A stretch of DNA of 64,000 bases from positions 110,670,001-110,734,000 of the forward strand of contig CM059434.1 of NCBI GenBank assembly GCA_030390025.1, written 5' to 3'. Positions 1-13,116 of this stretch are shown here, one piece after another. The notes beneath the pieces were generated by a model. It saw only the letters and a list, made by a program, of their open reading frames with translations, was not told the DNA's origin and made no database searches. The first letter of the stretch is position 1, and each line of letters opens with the position of its first letter. The position numbers were made by a program, and so were the translations under genes. This stretch comes from Squalus acanthias (lineage: Eukaryota).

Positions 1-1945
1 AGTGATGAAGGTATATTTTTTGTGATTTTGTATGGGTGTGATGTTTTGTTTTTAATCCCCCCCCCCCCCCCCCACCCAACCCAAACCATAGTCATTGCTG
101 CTCTGAAATTTCTTCTCTTGTTCCTTCTAAGCTTCAAATATACTGTCCTTAATTTTTCCTCCTCCCAGCACCTTTGTGTTAAAATCAAAGTAGTATTGAT
201 TAAATAGAGAAAGGCAAGAAACATTGCAATGGGAAGAGAGAGCTTGGAGACTAGAGGTGAGTGAAGGATCCACTGTCCGATGCTGGGCTTTTTGTTGTAT
301 CCTGTCCAGGAGTTCAAGAGAGATGTTAGAAAATTCTATTTAGGTATGGGAATAATTTGAAGTCTGGGACACACTTGAGCTTTAGAGAGAATTGCAAGAT
401 GTTGAGGGGAAATTAAGTGTTTAGTATGAAAGAGAAAGCAAAGGTTCTCGAAGGCAACTTGAAGTGGGAAGAGTTGTGAAAGTTCCTGAAACCTGAGATG
501 AGGCCAAGAATTTCAATTAGTTACACTTGAGAGACGTGAGAAAACTGTATTTTTGAAGAAATGAAAGAAACAAGATTTTCATTGCCCCATCGAAGGCATG
601 GAGGAGACCACGGTACAGTGATTAAGCCGTTGTACTTAAGAAGAGTGAAGGTAGTGTGCACTAAAAGGGTGAAATCTAAAGGAAGTTGATGTGTATGGAC
701 TGAAATCATTACGAGAAGATTGGATAGGGTTGGATGATAAATGGAGGTTTATTAATATGGAGAAGGGACAGAGTAAAAAGAGATCACAGCTTTGGGGAAC
801 CAGTGAGTTGTAAAGATGAACCATCCTAAAAATTATCTTGGGTCGACAGACTGTTCCAGTTTTGGGCCTGGTAATATTGGCCACATGCATATTGGTGTCT
901 GGCTTCCACTGAATCTCAGAGTACATTTTATCATGAAACTCTGTGTATATGCATGAGGAATGGTTCCTGTCAAAATTTGAGGCATGTTATGAATGTTGGT
1001 TCAGGGTGTTAGGACTTGCTTAACAAAGTTAATTAAGTCAGCTACCATAACTAACAAAAACAGCTGGAACCAGAGAGGTCCCAATTTCAGGCATCTTGCA
1101 ATATATTTGTAATGGGCTTCATCCACAGAATCTTTTCCCATCTTGTTTGCTAATCAAATAGGAATTCAAATGGCATCTTCATTGTTGGGACAACTTCCCA
1201 AATTGTTTCTTAAAAGGACAGTTAAAAAAATTCTGTTTACTTCTGTTCGTTATGAGGAATGTATTTGTATCCAAAGTGTATGAAATAGCCCTGGTTGAAA
1301 TAGATCAGATGTAGGCTGAAGCTCCCTTTAAACTGATCCAAAAATGTATCCTAATCTCAGCCTCCACAACTTACCCTCATGCCACACCTATTGTGGTTGT
1401 TCTGAGTGAGATTGCCAGTTATTATGGATATTAAATGCTGGCGCAAGATTCCCTGACCACAAGCAGTCTAGAAAAGACTAGCTGCCGAAACGACTTGCGT
1501 TTGGGACATTTACAGATGTCCAAGAGAGGACATTCCCAATCCAGGTGCTAGAGATGAAGGGTTAGTGTTTAAACTTGCTGAACCACCTAAGCCTTCCTAT
1601 TTGTGAATTTAGGTTCTTAGTTGGCAGATGTATTTTATATTTAACCTTTGATCATAGGCACTAATTGCACTGTAAAATGCAAATATTCAAAATCACTTCC
1701 TAACTCTGCTTTTATATTTGTAGCCTGTTGTCATTTTGTACATTTTTTTGCATTAAATAAACAACCATTTCAATGACTGGTGTCATAAATAAAATTAGTA
1801 ACAATAAAATAACTTAGCATGTGTGTTTTACCAAGAGGAAATATACACAGATGTCTAATATCCAGTTTTCACTGTGCTAAGAATACTCCTATTTGAAAAT
1901 GTGATTTATAAATTATGCAGTGAACTCGTTTACACTTTGTTCCAG

Positions 1946-2206
1946 GCACCATCGTCATTCCATTTGTTGTTTGACAGCTGCGTAAACAAAGAAGTTCTTC
2001 TACGACTGCTGATATTTGTGGCAAATCTAAAGGAAAATTTGTATCTGCTGCAGGCCTCTGTTCAGTATGAATATGAAGTGGAATCGCTCCATTCTGTACT
2101 ATTTGGGAATCCAACACCGTTTTCTCATAAACTTGCAACGCTCATGTTGTACCAAGATAATGAAGTGAAACAACAAGTTGCTAGAATTATTACCAAACAG
2201 TCTTAG
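1946..2206 (+). CDS. ARMC10: ARMC10 (armadillo repeat-containing 10), last coding exon; upstream exons lie outside the window
   Basis: Acceptor ctttgttccag at 1935-1945, phase 0. Translates APSSFHLLFDSCVNKEVLLRLLIFVANLKEN...SLHSVLFG...YQDNEVKQQVARIITKQS*, resembling the recalled human ARMC10 C-terminus (SSFLSLYDSHVAKEILLRVL...HHDAEVKEKVVTII). Position next to NAPEPLD matches human synteny. Confidence 0.88.
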   Translation, partial: APSSFHLLFDSCVNKEVLLRLLIFVANLKENLYLLQASVQYEYEVESLHSVLFGNPTPFSHKLATLMLYQDNEVKQQVARIITKQS

Positions 2207-3196
2207 ATATCTGTTTTCATTACTTACTAAGAATTCTATGTTTTGATGACTATACAAGCTAAATGTGTCAATTTGACTATAAATACTCAAGTGTTACAGT
2301 AATTTAGCAAACCAAGTTATATTCAGTGTGTATATATTGTTTTTGGTAATGCTGAAGAAGACATTTCCAATACTCATGTAAATTGGTCTTGTGCCAATGC
2401 TGTTACTATATTATCTGAAGGAGAGGACGAATGGTGTCTTAAATGCAAATAGTCTTTTCTGAGGCATTAGTCCAAAAAAACTAGTGGTGTAGAGAAAGGT
2501 TAAAAATCCATTGTGTATATTGGTTGAAAATTATTTCAGTACTTTAAAATATGTATAGTGACTGATCAGGATTTCTGAAATATTTTTATGAATCACTGTA
2601 AACTGATGTAATATGATTGATTATGACATTGTTGTCTAATTATTTAAGCTGTGACGCTGCCCTCATCCCCTTTTTGATGTGGGAGGCTAGAGGTGATGAT
2701 TAATTGTAATAACCTGCAAAGACATGTAAGTGATAAACGTTCTCCTGTATAGTTCCCTGAACTGGATAATAAGTTTTAGCCAGCCTGTCCAGGGAATGGG
2801 TAGAGGGGGCAAATGCAACTAGTGAACCCATACTTTCTTTGTGACAAACTGAAGATGACGTTTGGATGCTGCATGCCATTGGGTCCCTACAAGAACAGAG
2901 AAAAATTACATACAAATTGAGTTACAGATGTAAATTGAACAGAAGAAAACTTAAAAAACCAGTTCCCATTGTTTAAAAACTCAACTTGCATCTTAAAATG
3001 TAAAAAAAAAAGTACCAAAACCACGCTAACTGAACACACTACCTGATTGGAGAGGCGCTTAAGTGCATCCAGGCAAGAAAGGGCACTTGCTGAAACGGAT
3101 TTAAAAGAGTTATTTGAATTTCAACGTTAAGGCTGTACTCCTGAATTCTTGCTTTTTTTTTTGAACAGTTATGATTGAACAATATATAGTAGGCAA

Positions 3197-3202
3197 AATA
3201 AA
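3197..3202 (+). terminator. Candidate ARMC10 polyadenylation signal AATAAA
   Basis: AATAAA about 1 kb after the ARMC10 stop in AT-rich, UTR-like sequence; not verifiable without transcripts. Confidence 0.35.
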
Positions 3203-4169
3203 GATTTTTTTAGACAACATGACTTTGAACTAGATGTTTTTAGATCTGTAGCAACAATGGAGATGGATTGAAGCTTAATATCCAATCTTTGGACAAGAAA
3301 AATCCATCTGCTGATCACTTATGTTCATGAGACATTTGGAAAAATGTACTTACATTTGGGAATTAAGAAGATATCATCTGTGTGTGTCTATTTATCCAAA
3401 CAAAGTTTGTAGCAAAATGTAGTCGCTGCTATAGAACTGGTTTCTTCCCAGAAAATAATGTAAGTGCTGTAACTGAAAAGAACACTGATTCTCAAGTAGA
3501 ACCACCACATTTTGAAGCTCATAAGTAGGTTCCCAGCAGGAACACGCAGCTGGAATAGAACAAATAGCTTTCAAACATACTGGTATTTGGAGAGATATCT
3601 GGAGTCTGTACAATAAATTAGCCTATCAGAGATGCAATGTATAACAACATTTTTTTTTAGTTTCCTTCCTCTAGACCCAAAATACTGCAAACTATTAAGG
3701 AACAAGTAATTTTGGTATATGTGAAAATTCACAATGTTTTCAATAATGGATCAAAGCAGTGTATTGCAGAAACTATTGATACACCATTACTAAAATATAG
3801 CATATTTTTGAAGTAAGTCTTCTGGTCAAAATATGCTATATACCTAATGTGCTGAGTTTGCATTGATTTCTGCAAGTTTTTAAGCTACTGTAATCAACAA
3901 GCAGACTTTGTATAATAATGAACTGTAGATCCTAGAACTCGTCCCTGTTGAAACCCACAGTAAGACTGACTGAAGCAGGAGCTCAAAAGCTGCTAAGTGT
4001 TGATCATCATACATTGTTTTGTTGAGATATTCTGAGTGGATTTGAAAAGACAAAACCACAGCTAAAAATACTTAATTGTAAATTGTAATGCAGTTATCAT
4101 GAAGTCCAAATCGTTTAGCTGCTTTTCTCCCAGCCACGCAATCTTATTTAAAAACATAATAACTGTTTC

Positions 4170-4710
4170 AGGCAGGAGAAAACCTTCAGTCCATCTATCA
4201 TATTCCCTTTCAGTCTCCTCTTTCCAAGAGAGAAAAGACCCAGAGTAGTTAATGTTTTCTCATACGTCATTTCCTTAAGTTCTGATCAACCAAGTAGCCC
4301 TTCTCTGTACCCCCTCCAATAACTATATCCTTTTTTGAAATATTGGAGCCAAAACTGCATGCAGTACTCCAGATGTTATCTTGGGGCTAAATAGTTTTAA
4401 AATTACCGTAACTGGATTTCTTGCTATACACTCCAACATTCTGTTTGCTTTTTAACAGTCTAGGAACATTGTGCTGATGATTTCAGTGACTTGTCCACTA
4501 AACCTCAAGATCTCTCTCCTACTCCTGATACTGCAAGCAAATAATCCACATCAACCTTCCCTCTGCCAAATCTCATAACCTTACATTTCCCTGTATTAAA
4601 TTGCAACTGCCAGTTCTTCGCCCACTGATTGAGCTTGTCAAGATCCTTTTGAATTTGTGCGCATTGATATTCATCATTTACCACTGCTCCCAATTTGCTG
4701 TTGTCCCCTG
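4170..4710 (-). mobile_element. Degraded CR1 LINE 3' fragment
   Basis: ORF 4505-4693(-) IQKDLDKLNQWAKNWQLQFNTGKCKVMRFG parallels the CR1 ORF2 segment [30 protein letters not shown] encoded near 34.8 kb. Confidence 0.8.
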
Positions 4711-5299
4711 TATCCTGGCAACTACGGAGAAAATTAGTTCTTCTGAAAATTTAACCTAGCTTCTCTTGCAACTGGTCTAGATGAGGTGTACCTACAACGG
4801 GGGTTCTTGTGCTCTCTATGGTGACAATATTCCACACACATTGGATGCCATGCCCTGTTTAAATCACATTTTATATCTTAAACACTATAATTTGGCATTG
4901 GTTTTACTTGCCCAGCAGGATGAGAGTGGAACGTGTTTAGCATTTACTTAATAAAGTAAATGTAATAACATTTGCAAAGTGTCTTGTGATTGAACATCAT
5001 GTGATCAGACATCACATGATGATGTCATGTGATCAAACCTCCAGGAATATGTCCAACCAGAGTTGGCAACTCTACCTTGGGGGCAACTTTGTTTCTGTTC
5101 TCAGCTACTTGAGCCAGCATTAAGCAGCAAGACAGAAGCTTGTTAAACAGATTTTAAGCAATATGATCAGCAATTTCAATAAGTGAACTTACTTAAGCTG
5201 GCTTCACTTCAGAATTTGCACTGAAAGTCAGTGCTGGGATGTATGCACTAAAGTCATCACACGTTGCAGGCATAAGTCATCATGCAACCACGTGATGAC

Positions 5300-5442
5300 C
5301 AATGTTCCCGTGAAGCTCCGCGGTCGCACAGTGGCCACTCACCAGCTTTTAAATAGAAAAACTGCGCATGCGCATAAATTTGAATGGGCCGCGCAGCCCG
5401 TTAAAGGGGCCGCGCATCCAAAAATTATTAGAGGGAACATTG
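5300..5442. mobile_element. 143-bp hAT-type MITE
   Basis: Perfect 10-bp TIRs caatgttccc / gggaacattg, flanked by a perfect 8-bp TSD gtgatgac (5292-5299 and 5443-5450); 8-bp TSDs are typical of hAT elements. Confidence 0.85.
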
Positions 5443-5589
5443 GTGATGACATCAGCAGTATGATGCGCGTTCATCTTGGTAGTCAACAGAATATCTTCAG
5501 TGTAACTTTACAAATAAATTTAGGGTCAAATAAAAAGCAGCAATTAGAGCTGTCATTGTACTTAGGTCACCCCTTCTAATTTCTTCTTC

Positions 5590-5760
5590 TTTAGCACCTT
5601 ATCACATTATCTGGACATCCTAAAACGCTTCACGTCCATGCAATTTTGAAGTGCAGTCATTGTTGTTATGTAGGCAAGTGCAGCAGTCATTTTGTGTATA
5701 GCAAGCTTCCACAAACAGCAAATGGGATGAATGCCCAGATAATGCAGCAGTTATTTGGTG
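5590..5760 (-). mobile_element. Degraded SacSINE1/DeuSINE 3' fragment
   Basis: Reverse-complement similarity to the 3' part of the full copy at 45555-46025. Confidence 0.6.
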
Positions 5761-5967
5761 GTGTGGACTTTTGAGTCTCCAATGTTAATTAACGGAAACT
5801 TTTTTGAGGGTGTCTGCGGTTCTTACACTGAAGTTACGGTGGTTGAGCGGGAGAACCCCCACGGAAATCTACCCCCTTTGTATTTATGTAAAGAAATAAA
5901 TCTTAATCTCTTAAAGAAATCAGAATGGGAGACAAGCAAAGACACAGTAACAGGAAAATAGAGACTT

Positions 5968-5973
5968 TTTAAT
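5968..5973 (-). terminator. Candidate NAPEPLD polyadenylation signal ATTAAA
   Basis: ATTAAA on the - strand followed by GU/U-rich ctgttactgtgtctttgcttgtct. An AATAAA on - at 6752-6757 is an alternative. Confidence 0.35.
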
Positions 5974-7293
5974 TTTTGTCTGTGAGCAATGTCATTGGGA
6001 GATCAACTAGAGTTTTCTTTTCAATTTTTACATTATCACATTTTTACATATACTAAAAAGATTTCACCTCAATTTAATATTTGTAAAGACGAAGTGGCTA
6101 CTCAGTTCTAATGGTGCGTATACTGCACCCGCACAATCCTCAAGTGTTAATCAATTGGAAAGTAGTATTACAATAGCTACTAAATATGTAACTATTCGCC
6201 ATTCAAACTTCTGTTAATATATATTTTTTAAATGGGAAAATAGCACCCCCCCACCCACCCCGAGAAAATTGATTAAAATCATTTAAAATATCTCCTGCCT
6301 AAGAGGAGACACAAGGTATTTATAAAACAGCCAAGAATACAAATGTAAGGGTTAATTAGCATAGCAGACAGAGCCAGGGTTACAGCAAAGCACCTTTGAA
6401 TTAACTGGGTCTGAAAAAAACCCACCTGGGTAACACTACTCTTACCCCTCCCTCCAGTCCTGGATCTTCCCCTGACTCGTAGCATACTCTTATTTTCACA
6501 ATGATTACCAATCATATGACTTAGGCCCACAAGACCATTTGTTTAGAAAACACACTGATAATCTGCCTGACCACCAATGCATCCATCATAGTGTCAGTAC
6601 AATTCCTGCTTATTAAAAAGGCACTTGGCTTAAGGCCAACGTTCCATTTCAAATTCAAGGTCATAACTCAAGCTGCATTGAAATAGCTGCTTATATATAT
6701 TGTATTTAGTTACAGTAATGTTTTATGCATTTCACATGCTCAAAATATCCATTTATTTAAAGTGTGCAATCGTAAAACTTTTTTGGCAAACGTGCAGGTG
6801 GCAGGTTGAATGCATCTACAATGGAAGACAATCACGGATTCACTTTAGGCAGCTGACACACTGCAAAAACCCACATATTTATCTAAAGCATTCAGCAACC
6901 AAATGGCATGTTTTGGTAGTTTGATAAAAACAAACACTATCTGGAGTTTGATTAATAAACACAAAACCAAAAACATTATGTACAACAGTTTTAATTATGC
7001 AAGCCAAACCCAGTATATGCTTACTTTGTGAAGTAAACAGTTTTCTGATATACCCAAAGCTTCAACCATAAGTTTTGGGTGGAAAGAGAAATTTACTTTG
7101 TAAAGCAAGCATACGTGATGCTTGTTTTTAGAACATGTGCAGTAGGATTAAAGAACTGTGACAATTCATAAACTAATGGCACTTCAATGAAAGTTCAGCC
7201 CAAAATTAAAAACAATGATTGACAGAAAGGCGAGCCAAGTTCTACTTGCTCTGTGTGAGATAGCCACACTTAGTTTATAATCAGTTTGCATTT

Positions 7294-7419
7294 TCATTGA
7301 AAACCTTCGTTCTCACTCAAATTCTTTGATTCTCCGTGCTTCAAAACAAAGAAATCCTCCGGTTTCAATCCGTATCTTTCTCGAGCTTCCTCAAGTTTTC
7401 TTCGAGGTTCCAAGTAGTA
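7294..7419 (-). CDS. NAPEPLD: NAPE-hydrolysing phospholipase D, last coding exon (126 nt including TGA)
   Basis: Acceptor ttcaatttcag, phase 0. [41 protein letters not shown] matches the recalled human [31 protein letters not shown]. Absent from the ORF track. Confidence 0.95.
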   Translation of the reverse strand, partial: YYLEPRRKLEEARERYGLKPEDFFVLKHGESKNLSENEGFQ

Positions 7420-9709
7420 CTGAAATTGAAACAATTCTTTAATGATTCGTATTATAGCTTTAAAGTAATGTCAAGAAGGGAGACATACAATTATACAAAG
7501 GAAATTAATGGCAATAAACATTTTATCATTTCCATATGAGCAATAGACTGCCACCTTTTAAAAGATACACACTTAATTTTTTACGATTTTATTTTCTCTC
7601 TGGCCTTTCAGGTTTAAGATCCACTCCACTCCCCACTTGAGAGGTCAGGAAGCCATTTTCCAATAGTATTCTTAAGACAAATGACAGGAGGTACAAAGAG
7701 CAACCTGGAGTAACTGGCTTGCTGATTTTTCTCTCCAAGGGGGAAGTAACCAGCTTTCACACTTTACCTACCTTGATGCCGATATTGGCAATTGGCCATA
7801 TGGGAAATTATTGGGGCCGACTCGGTCCTACTACTTCGTGGTACAATGCGTTGGAACACCAATCTGGTGCACCACCATTTGGTCCTACAATGCACTTCAG
7901 AACTGAATTAATTTTATGGTTTCATAAACAATTCAAATATGTATTACATTTTACAAGAATTTTCTGGAGATATTAATTCTAACTACCAGACTGTAATCCC
8001 CAACACTGTGTAACACAAACATTCAACCAAAACCAAATAATCCTGTTTTCACAATATAAAGTGTGTCACAACTTTAACAATAAATACATTTGCTGCTCTG
8101 ACAAACTTCCAGCAGTCTAGAGATCAGGAATTTGAAAAGTTGCTCTCAAAATTTGTTAACCCTTTAAGTTATTCTTTGTAGATTACAAATTAAAAATCTA
8201 GGAAAAAAAAGTATAAATTATCTCCAAGTACTGTATTACAAAGAACATTTTTTAAATATGGCATTGGGCACAGAACACCTCTGGCATAGCCCTACTCTTT
8301 CTCCAAAAAAATCATACATTGGGAGGTTCCCTTTGGAAATCCCATTGGTGGCATTAATGGAGCTATTGCGGGCGGGGGGGGGGGGGGGAAAGTAGAACAA
8401 TTGCCAAAGAGGCTCATGAAAACCTTAGTAGTAACAAAAACAGGAAAATGGCACAGAAATGACTATAGAACTTTCCACTGAATCTTCTTACAATGCCCTT
8501 AAAATTAACTTCCATATACAGCTGACCTCCTAGCAACCCTGGATATTCACTATATAAAGGGGTGAATTACATTTAGCGTCCTGCAGGCATGAACATTGTA
8601 GAATAGCATGAAGGAAAAAATTACATCCCTCCCTCCCAGTTTCTCCCCATCTCTTCGGCAAGTGGAAATATGTGGAATGCAGACAGTAGGCAGAGATCTG
8701 GCATTATGGATCTCTACCTGAGTATGTCACTTTATAGGGCATAATGAAACAAAACGTGACACCAGTAACTGAAGACAGAAACTGTACAAATAGCTCTTAA
8801 TTTCTTTTAGGGCACGTTAATCTACAGTGAAGACAAGAGCCTTCTTTATGTCCCCCCTGCCCATACCCCAAGTTTTTTTCCCTCGCTGGCCCCTCTGAGT
8901 CACACACCTCCTGGATCTTAGACGTCTGGGTGGGCAGCCTGGTTCTAGGACACCGTCAATACAAATATTAATCAGTACCCAGGACATAGGTGACAGTGGT
9001 TCCGTGGAGATGTCCCTCCAATTTTTACTCACCCTTACTGGGAGATCCTTAGTCTTCGTTCAGTGTCTTCCAGCAGCAACGCAATTGAGATTTTTTTTAA
9101 TGGAGAAAATCAATCTTTGTCCCCTAGCCTACATGTAAGTGCTCCAAGATACTCTGCCACCACTCTGTTTGTGGATTATGAAATAATTCAGTAGAATTTA
9201 TTTTCTCTCTAAAACTCTTACGAAACGCCAAAAGTCTCTGTTCTAACTGAAATCTAATGGCAATAATCAGTTCCAGTTCCAGGGTGTTGACAGGACTGCT
9301 GATCATTCTTTGCTTCAAGCCAAAATAATCACCTAGATGTATGCACATCTAATTCATTATTGTCTAATTATAACATACTCAGTATGAAGGAAAATATAGC
9401 TCTCCACAAGACTATTCTAAGGTATGAACCAGAGATTTCTTGAAATTGCTATTTATGAAGTGGTAATAACCATAAATTAGGTCATGGGCCAAACTGCATA
9501 ACATACACACACACGCGATATTTTTTTTTTAAAGTGCATAGTTTGCCTGTATGCTCATTTACTGCAATGCAACTTCCTCATGGAGCTATATTAAAAATGT
9601 ATTATAGCACATAGTGTGTTATGGAGCTGTAGAATTCTTGCAGTTCTCAAAGTTCATAACAAGCCCTCTTCCCTCCTCCAGCACACTATTGCATCAGATA
9701 TACCAGAAT

Positions 9710-10422
9710 AGCCCGGTTTTTGCTGGGGCAGGGCATCTCGTGGCGTGCCCCGTTAGTTAGATTCGTTCCCTCACCCTTTAGCCCTGTAAGTTGCTGTAAG
9801 TGTGAGCTGATAACGGCGCGGCAAGGCCAGCGGGGAGTCTGGGACCTTAATGAATGACGGGATCGACAGTCTATCTCCTTAACTAATTTAAAGATTGAGA
9901 AAAAAAAGGAATAATGGAGAAGGAAATACGGTGAATTAGAGTCAAATCAGGTACAGAAAGAGAAATAAAGATTGGATTGAGGGAAAAATGAGACCAAGGA
10001 AAAATATGATTTTTTTTTTAATAAACCTTTAACAACTATTTTTACTACCTGTAGGAATGTGACTCCCCAGTTTAAATTGTTCCCTTTCTGGGCCGGAGAG
10101 GTTGAGCGGCATTACAGGAACATAAATCTCCTCATTAAAAAAAGGTACTTACGCTGTTAAGTAGCAGCCCTAACTTTCTACAGCGAGCTTAATTGGCAAT
10201 TAATGTGCAAATGCAGAAACTTCATGAAACTCATGGGGAGGTTGAGGGTGAGCTGCCGTTTTTGTGAGGCTAACGGTGGAGCGGCGCAGATCGTCCAGCA
10301 ACTTATGGCGATTCGCAATTCACGGGATAGCTCTTCCTCGCCACAAGTTGCTGGATGATTTAACACATTAGTAACGGCATGCGCATTAAACTCGACATTA
10401 TTTTGGCAGCAAATTCTGGCCC
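9710..10422. mobile_element. Non-autonomous PIF/Harbinger-type DNA element
   Basis: Imperfect TIRs agcccggtttttgctg / cagcaaattctggccc (11/16) with 3-bp TSD aat (9707-9709, 10423-10425). Confidence 0.65.
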
Positions 10423-10857
10423 AATATCTCACTCAGCCTGTACTGCTCAACATTAAGCCTTGGCCTAGCAACCATCTAGTATAACAATACTTTTCCAATA
10501 TTATTCCAAGGAGGGATTACAAGATACATAGTTGAGAACCCTTCTTTTGGATATCACAAAACAAAAAATACCTGTGGTTTATTCACAAAAATAAAGTACT
10601 CTCATTGGGTGATCACCCTGATGTTTTTTCCAAATCAGATACAAATTGGGATATCACTCAGGCTGTCAGCAAATTTAAATTACGACAGTGCAGGCATACA
10701 AGCAACCTCTCACTCTACTGTTTATCATTTAACATTTGCAGTCAGATTGTAAGAGCTGGGTACTTACGTTCTGATCAAAATACAATGTGGGAAAGAAACA
10801 CGTAACCATTTTGTTACATAGAACCATTTTGTTACTTATTTATGGCTCAATTTTATT

Positions 10858-11610
10858 GGCCTGTAATTTGCGGTCAGCAGCGATGTGATGGCGATCGGCG
10901 TTGACCTCAAAGGAAGCTGCCCAGAGATCTCGCAGTCTCTGTGGCGAAAACTTTTAGGTTTCTCGGCGTGTAATTGATTATAGCGGCGTCAATAGGGGAT
11001 TCCTAGCACGATGCAGCAGTGACGTCATCACGCTGTCTAAGCAGCCAATCACATTGAAGAATTCACACAGACAGCAAACCAGGAAATGAAAAGCACTGAT
11101 TATCTGCACTTTTTAAAAATGTTATAGAGAGAGAAATAAAGATTGGGACATACACATGGGGTTAAAGCAGAATTTCAAATATCGTGAACAAACTTTAAAA
11201 AAAAAGATTATTTTTTTTAAATTGTAATTTTTATCATAATGGAGAAATTTAGCATTCCACAAATACAAAAAATAGTTTTTCAGGGGCATAATGTTTGTTT
11301 AGCAGTCAATACGCTGTTAAAACCCCAGTTACACCTATTCCAACAAGGCTTAACATTTAATGGGGTGTTTAACAGCGATATATTAGTGTGGAAAAGCTCA
11401 AGTTTCCGTCGGTTCCATTGATTGCACTCATTGCCGGCTTTGGTGGGGGGGGGGGCACGAGTCCACAGCGCAGCCAGTGTCGGAGCAGTGAATGACTGAC
11501 GCAACTTCAGGATTTCCACGTCTAGATGTGCATGCACTAAATCCTGAAGTTGCGGTCAGTTTCAGAGGGGCAATGACGGCGATCGCTGACACCACTGCAA
11601 AATCTGGGCC
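10858..11610. mobile_element. Non-autonomous PIF/Harbinger-type DNA element
   Basis: TIRs ggcctgtaatttgcgg / ctgcaaaatctgggcc, subterminal cagcgat / atcgctg, 3-bp TSD att (10855-10857, 11611-11613). Confidence 0.7.
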
Positions 11611-12194
11611 ATTATGTTTAGAAATGCCTCAAATCTTATGTTCTAACAATTTTCTCTGCCAGGTTTCTCCATTCCTCTCCTGATGGCACAACTGCTTGGT
11701 TCATGTTTCCATCAGCACTGGTTCCCTTCCTGTACCTCCCCTAAATCACCAGTACTCACAATCGACGTGGGAGGCACCACAGCGGAGCCTGATCCTGTCT
11801 TTGACATTCACACACACTTCCGCCAAGGGCCACTGAAGAGTGATCAGGAACAAGATCCTGGCTGACTTTCCCTTCCCACTGAGGCCAATTGTTGCACCCC
11901 TAGGCCTGTACGGCTCATCTGATCACAGAGCCAGAATCACTTACTATAAGCTTCTCATATTTAAAAAAAAATGTCACCAGCATTGGGATATCAGTGAGGG
12001 GAGCTCTGGGTTTAGTAAATTTCTGCTTTCCCCTGGTGGAGAGTGCTGTGCGAGGGGGCAAGTAAAATTTGGTGCTGACCGTAGGAACTGCTCTCAAAGC
12101 AGTGTCAAAGCCGGTACAGATAACCACAGCATAAGAACACTAAAGCATTTTCAGCAACAAAATTAATTTGATTAAGTTTTGCTTATTCAAATAG

Positions 12195-12400
12195 AGTTAC
12201 TGCACTGCACTTTCACCTTCAGAACCTGGGTGTAAATCCAGTCCATATTGATGGGCTGAAAAACTCCCTCTCAGCTGGCTGTAAGAGGCCCATTTGAAAT
12301 GAGCTTCAAGCAATCAGCGTGGGCCCACAACATAAAGTTGCCTACATTTCAGCACAAATTGACAATGTGATTCCGAAAAGGCTGTAAGGATGATTAATGT
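12195..12400 (+). mobile_element. Possible LF-SINE-like fragment
   Basis: ctttcacct...gggtgtaaatccagtcca...ggctgt...ggcccatttgaaatgagctt loosely resembles the recalled LF-SINE head; heavily diverged. Confidence 0.35.
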
Positions 12401-12795
12401 GGAAATAGAAAAAAAATCACTGTCCAATCTGTTCTACTCTCTAGGGATTTATGAAGAATGGGTTTATTATTTTGTTACACAATATACACAGGGGAAATGT
12501 TCCCTTATTGTTGGGGCAGAGTAACAGCAGTTTTATTCTTACATCCAGCTGTGCTCCACCAGACCTGGCAGTGCCCGAGGCTGACATAACTGACATCTTC
12601 ACTCACCCCAAGGAGCGTAAAAATCCCTGTTTTAGTATTCTGTTGCATACTGGAAATTGTTAGGAAATCCAATTGAACAAAATTGCACAAAGAAGTCACC
12701 CCTTACGAGGTTAGTCAGGTTTCAACATGTTGGCTATACCGGTTTTATTATTTTTTCTTCACACATTCATGTACAATTTTGTTTAGGTTGTAGTT

Positions 12796-13116
12796 CACAG
12801 AATCACAGAATCCCCACAGTGCAGATAGAGGCCATTTCGGTCCATCGAGCCTGCACCGACACATATCCCACCCTATCCCCTATCCCTGTAACCCCACGTA
12901 TTTAATCCCCCTAACACTAAGGGTCAATTTTTATCATAGCCAAATCAACCTAACCCGCACATCTTTGGACTGTGGGAGGAAACCGGAGCACCCGGAGGAA
13001 ACCCACGCAGGGAGAATGTGCAAACTCCACACAGACAGTCACCCGAGGCCGGATTCGAACCCGGGTCCCTGGCGCTGTGAGGCAACAGTGCTAACCACAA
13101 TGCCACCGTGTTGCCC
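12796..13116 (-). mobile_element. HE1-type V-SINE (tRNA head, V domain, CR1-derived tail)
   Basis: On -: ggtggcattgtggttagcac (A box), ggttcgaatcc (B box), V-domain gtggagtttgcacattctcc...gggtttcctccgggtgctccggtttcctcccac, tail (attctgtg)n. Possible tagtt TSD. Confidence 0.85.

Noticed and set aside
230-930. Additional ARMC10 exon
   Set aside because: No ARM-like translation found; the purine-rich sequence looks like an old LINE remnant that I could not classify confidently.
1874-1945. ORF-track N-terminus of the 110-aa ORF (likewise the ORF overhangs at 41290, 46446-46562, 54941 and 59511)
   Set aside because: Intronic read-through beyond the splice sites; homology stops at the exon boundaries.
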